A stretch of DNA of 64,000 nt from an uncultured Actinomycetes bacterium (GTDB lineage: Bacteria > Actinomycetota > Actinomycetes > Streptosporangiales > Streptosporangiaceae). The translations under genes and the position numbers were made by a program. The notes below the pieces were generated by a model. That model saw only the letters and a program-made list of their open reading frames with translations. It was not told where the DNA came from and searched no databases. This document shows, piece after piece, positions 61,201 through 64,000 of the stretch (position 1 is its first letter; each line of letters starts with the position of its first letter). The stretch spans positions 15,624 to 79,623 of the forward strand of contig CAWCII010000012.1 of the NCBI GenBank assembly GCA_963795575.1, given 5' to 3'.

Positions 61201-61659
61201 ATGACCAGCACCGGCAGCGCGGACCGGGTGGCGGCCAGGGACGCGGCGCGGGCGATGGCCCGGCTGCGCAGCGCCAGCATGGGCGCGCTGGCCATGCTCG
61301 TCATCCAGTTCGCGCTGGGCGTGGGGGTCAACCTCTACATCACGCCGGACAAGGGCGGCGTGAGCGAGGCGTTCTCCAACGGCCCGCTGCTCGCGCTGCA
61401 CTCGGTACTCGGCCTGCTCCTGATCATCGCCGCGATCGACCTCCTGGTCCGGGCCATCCTGGTCCGGTACCGGCCGGTCGTGGTGGCCTCGGCCATCGGC
61501 CTGATCGCCATCCTCGGCGCCGCGTTCAACGGCATCGGCTTCCTGCGGAACGGGCACAACGCCTCGTCCCTGGGCATGGCCATTGCCGCCTGTGTCGCGA
61601 TGCTGTGCTATGCCGTCTGCCTGCGCGTTCTCGGTTCTTCCTCCCGCCTGGGGGCCTGA
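61201..61659 (+). CDS. 4-TM membrane protein of unknown function
   Basis: ATG at 61201 within ORF 60883..61659. Four hydrophobic helices are visible (e.g. GALAMLVIQFALGVGVNLYI, LLALHSVLGLLLIIAAIDLLV). It is divergent from 60523..61125 with a 75-bp spacer. Confidence 0.6.
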   Translation: MTSTGSADRVAARDAARAMARLRSASMGALAMLVIQFALGVGVNLYITPDKGGVSEAFSNGPLLALHSVLGLLLIIAAIDLLVRAILVRYRPVVVASAIGLIAILGAAFNGIGFLRNGHNASSLGMAIAACVAMLCYAVCLRVLGSSSRLGA

Positions 61660-61670
61660 GCCGCCGCCGG

Positions 61671-61760
61671 CCGGAGGCCGCATCCGCCGCCCGGAGGCCG
61701 CATCCGCCTGCCGGAGGCCGCATCCGCCGGCCCGGAAGCCGCATCCGCCTGCCGGTCAGC
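61671..61760. repeat. tandem array, 4 units of 20-21 bp CCGGAGGCCGCATCCGCCNN plus a partial unit containing the pcaB stop
   Basis: Units start at 61671, 61691, 61711 and 61732. The partial unit CCGGTCAGC (61752-61760) includes the TCA (= TGA stop of minus-strand pcaB). Confidence 0.85.
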
Positions 61761-63120
61761 TGCCGCGGCCGGCCAGCCGGGCCTGCGTCTGCCGGTGTGC
61801 CGCCAGCGCGCGCCCGGTGAACTCGCCCGCCGCGCCGAGGTAGCCGGACGGGTCCAGGGCCCGGTCGATCTCGCCGGGACGCAGGCCCTGGCCGGCGTCG
61901 GCCAGTTCGTCCCGGAACGGCCGGCCCGTGCGCGCCGCCCGGGCGGCCGCCCCGGCGACCAGGTCGTGCGCGGCCAGCCTGCCCAGCTTCGGCGCGAGCA
62001 CGGCGGTGACGTGCTCGGCCAGCGGCAGGCCGCCGCGCCGCATCCAGGTTCGCCCGCATCGCGGCGGCGTCCACCTCCAGGCCGGCCAGCATGGCCGCGC
62101 ACCAGGACGCGGCCGAGCCGGTCAGCCGGAGCAGGGCGGCCAGCGGCTGCCACTCGGCGTGCCAGGCGCCGGCCGCCCGCTGGTGTTCCTGCTCGGCGCA
62201 GGCGGCCAGGGTGGCCAGCAGGCCGGGCGCCTGCCTGGTGCAGCCCAGGACGGCGACCGCGGCGACCGGGTTCTGCTTGTGCGGCATGGCCGACGAGCCG
62301 CCGCGATTCCCGCCGCCGCCCTCGCGCACCTCGCCGACCTCGGACTGGGCCAGCAGCGTCACGTCCCGGGCGATCTTGCCGGCGGCCGCGCAGCCCCCGG
62401 CCAGCGCGCCGGCGAGCTCGACGACCCGCAGCCGGTCGGTATGCCAGGGCAGCACGGGCTCGGCCAGCCCCAGTTCGCCGGCCAGCAGCGCGGCGACCCG
62501 CGGGGCCGTCGGCGCCGAGCGAGGCCAGCGTGCCCGCGGCGCCGCCGAACTGGACGGCGAGCCGTTCGCTGCGATCACGGCCAGCCGCGCTCCGGCCTCG
62601 TCGAGGCCGGTCATCCAGCCGGCGGCGACCAGGCCGAAGGTCACCGGCACGGCCTGCTGCAGCAGGGTCCGGCCGGTCATCGCGGTGCCCCGGTGCTCGG
62701 CCGCGAGCCGGGCGGCGGCCGCGGCGGCGGCCTCGGCGAGGCTGGCGAGCACCTGGTCCAGCGCGGCCCTGGCCAGCAGCATCATCGCGGTGTCGATGAT
62801 GTCCTGGCTGGTCGCGCCCTGGTGCACGGCCGCTGGCGGCCGATGGCGGCAGCATCCCGTTCAGCGCCCTGACCAGGGCGGGCACCGGGTTGCCGGTGAG
62901 GGCGGCCTGCTCGCCCGAGCGCAGCCGGGGTCGAACTGGTCCGCCTTCGCCGCCGCGGTCACCGCCGCGCCCGGCGCCGGCTTCGGCCAGCCCGGCCCGT
63001 TCCAGCGCGCGGGCCAGCGCGGCCTCGGTGTCCAGCATCGCCTGCAGCCAGGCGGCGTCGCGGTGACCTCGGCGCCGCCGCGGGCGAAGATCCCGGCGAA
63101 CAGTCCGCCGCGCTCAGACA
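61756..63120 (-). pseudogene. pcaB: 3-carboxy-cis,cis-muconate cycloisomerase, many frame hops
   Basis: Fragments: HQGATSQDIIDTAMMLL, MTGRTLLQQAVPVTFG, GGSSAMPHKQNPV (fumarate-lyase signature), and C-terminus DRALDPSGYLGAAGEF (ORF 61756..62043). ATG at 63120. Confidence 0.85.
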
Positions 63121-64000
63121 TGCGCCAGCCCGACGTAGTTCTCGGCCAGCGAGGTGGCCGCCGCGTCCGAGCCGCACACGTACTCCAGGTACGAGAGCTG
63201 GAGCCGCCGGTCGTAGCGGTCGTCAATCGTCGAACGTGTGCAGCAGCGTGGTCATCCACCAGGAGAAGTGCTGCACCCGCCAGACCCGGCGCAGGCAGGT
63301 GCCGGAGTAGCGTCGAGCAGCCCGGTGTCTGCCGTCGGCGTACCAGGCGGCCAGCGCCTCGGTCAGCACGCCCACGTCGAAGGCGGCGAGGTTCAGCCCC
63401 TTGGCGCCGGTGGGCGGCACGATGTGCGCCGCGTCCCCGGCCAGGTACAGCCGCCCGTAACGCATCGGCTCGGCGACGAAGCTGCGCATCGGGGCCATGA
63501 TCTTCTCCAGCACCGGGCCGTCCTGCAACTGCCAGCCGGGCACCGTCTCGAGCCGGGCGCGCAGCTCGTCGTAGAACCGCTCGTCCGGCCACTTCGCCAC
63601 GTCCTCGTCCGGGGCGACCTGCAGGTAGAACCGGCTGAGCCGTGGGGCTGCGCATGCTGTGCAGCGCGAAGCCGCGCTCGGTGTGCGCGTAGATCAGCTC
63701 ATGCGAGGACGGGGGCCACGTAGGCGAGCACGCCGAGCCAGCCGAACGGGTACTCCCGGTCGAACACGGTCAGCACGCCGTCCGGGATGGCCGGGCGGCA
63801 GACCCCGTGGAAGCCGTCACAGCCGGCGATGAAGTCGCAGTCCAGCCGGTCTGCTGCTCGCCGTCGGTGGGTGAAGCCGATCGCCGGGCGCTCGGTCGTG
63901 ATGTCGCCGGGACCACGTCAGCCGACCTCGAACAGGATCTGCCGCCCGCCGCGAGCCGGGCCGCGATCAGGTCCTTGACCACTTCCTGCTGGCCGTAGAC
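63113..64000 (-). pseudogene. pobA: 4-hydroxybenzoate 3-monooxygenase, 5' end outside window, frame hops
   Basis: ORF 63223..63600 (RSFVAEPMRYGRLYLAGDAAHIVPPTGAKGLNLAAFDV...YSGTCLRRVWRVQHFSWWMTTLLH). The C-terminus (...LSYLEYVCGS...) lies in another frame. Its stop overlaps the pcaB ATG (ATGTCTGA). Confidence 0.85.

Overview
High-GC actinobacterial (Actinomycetota) chromosomal DNA, densely coding on both strands. No rRNA, tRNA or CRISPR was found.

Content from left to right:
- 1-14.5 kb: a phosphohexomutase 3' end and proS. Then a sugar-acid catabolic cluster (Gfo/Idh/MocA oxidoreductase, two-subunit UxaA-type dehydratase, MFS porter, DapA-family enzyme, SMP-30 lactonase), two membrane transporters and acnA.
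- 14.7-27.3 kb: a low-GC islet with a small secreted I36/crystallin-like protein, then hppD and a GH65 phosphorylase + beta-phosphoglucomutase pair. These are followed by two F420-type oxidoreductases, an RNA m5U methyltransferase, and the conserved trkA-trkA / DUF3710-dut / DUF3093 / DUF4235 block.
- 27.4-38 kb: a DUF1707 protein, two VOC genes, a decayed tauD flanked by 105-bp direct repeats, an HhH-GPD repair protein, ggt, DUF885, PCuAC, a histidine phosphatase, a kinase, an MpaB-like gene and cutA.
- 38-61.7 kb (accessory-looking): two divergent paralogues of an unrecognised ~560-aa cysteine-rich secreted protein. Between them lie a DUF222/HNH element, an FAH-family hydrolase, a DHA2 MFS pump fused to a MarR-like domain, an esterase and a lipoprotein serpin. 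A plus-strand string follows: MarR, DHA2 MFS, fused TPP E1, AAA ATPase.
- 54.4-64 kb: a protocatechuate/4-hydroxybenzoate cluster (pobA, pcaB ... pcaC, CoA-transferase beta, pcaHG, pcaD). It is split by a ~4-kb island holding an IS630 fragment, paralogue 2, a 2OG-oxygenase fragment, a permuted NlpC/P60-like protein and a 4-TM protein.

More than half of the genes need +/-1 frame hops to be read, including proS and acnA, and the disruptions fall in blocks. Three short tandem arrays abut stop codons.

The best candidates for something undescribed are the paired Cys-rich secreted protein family and the small island around copy 2.
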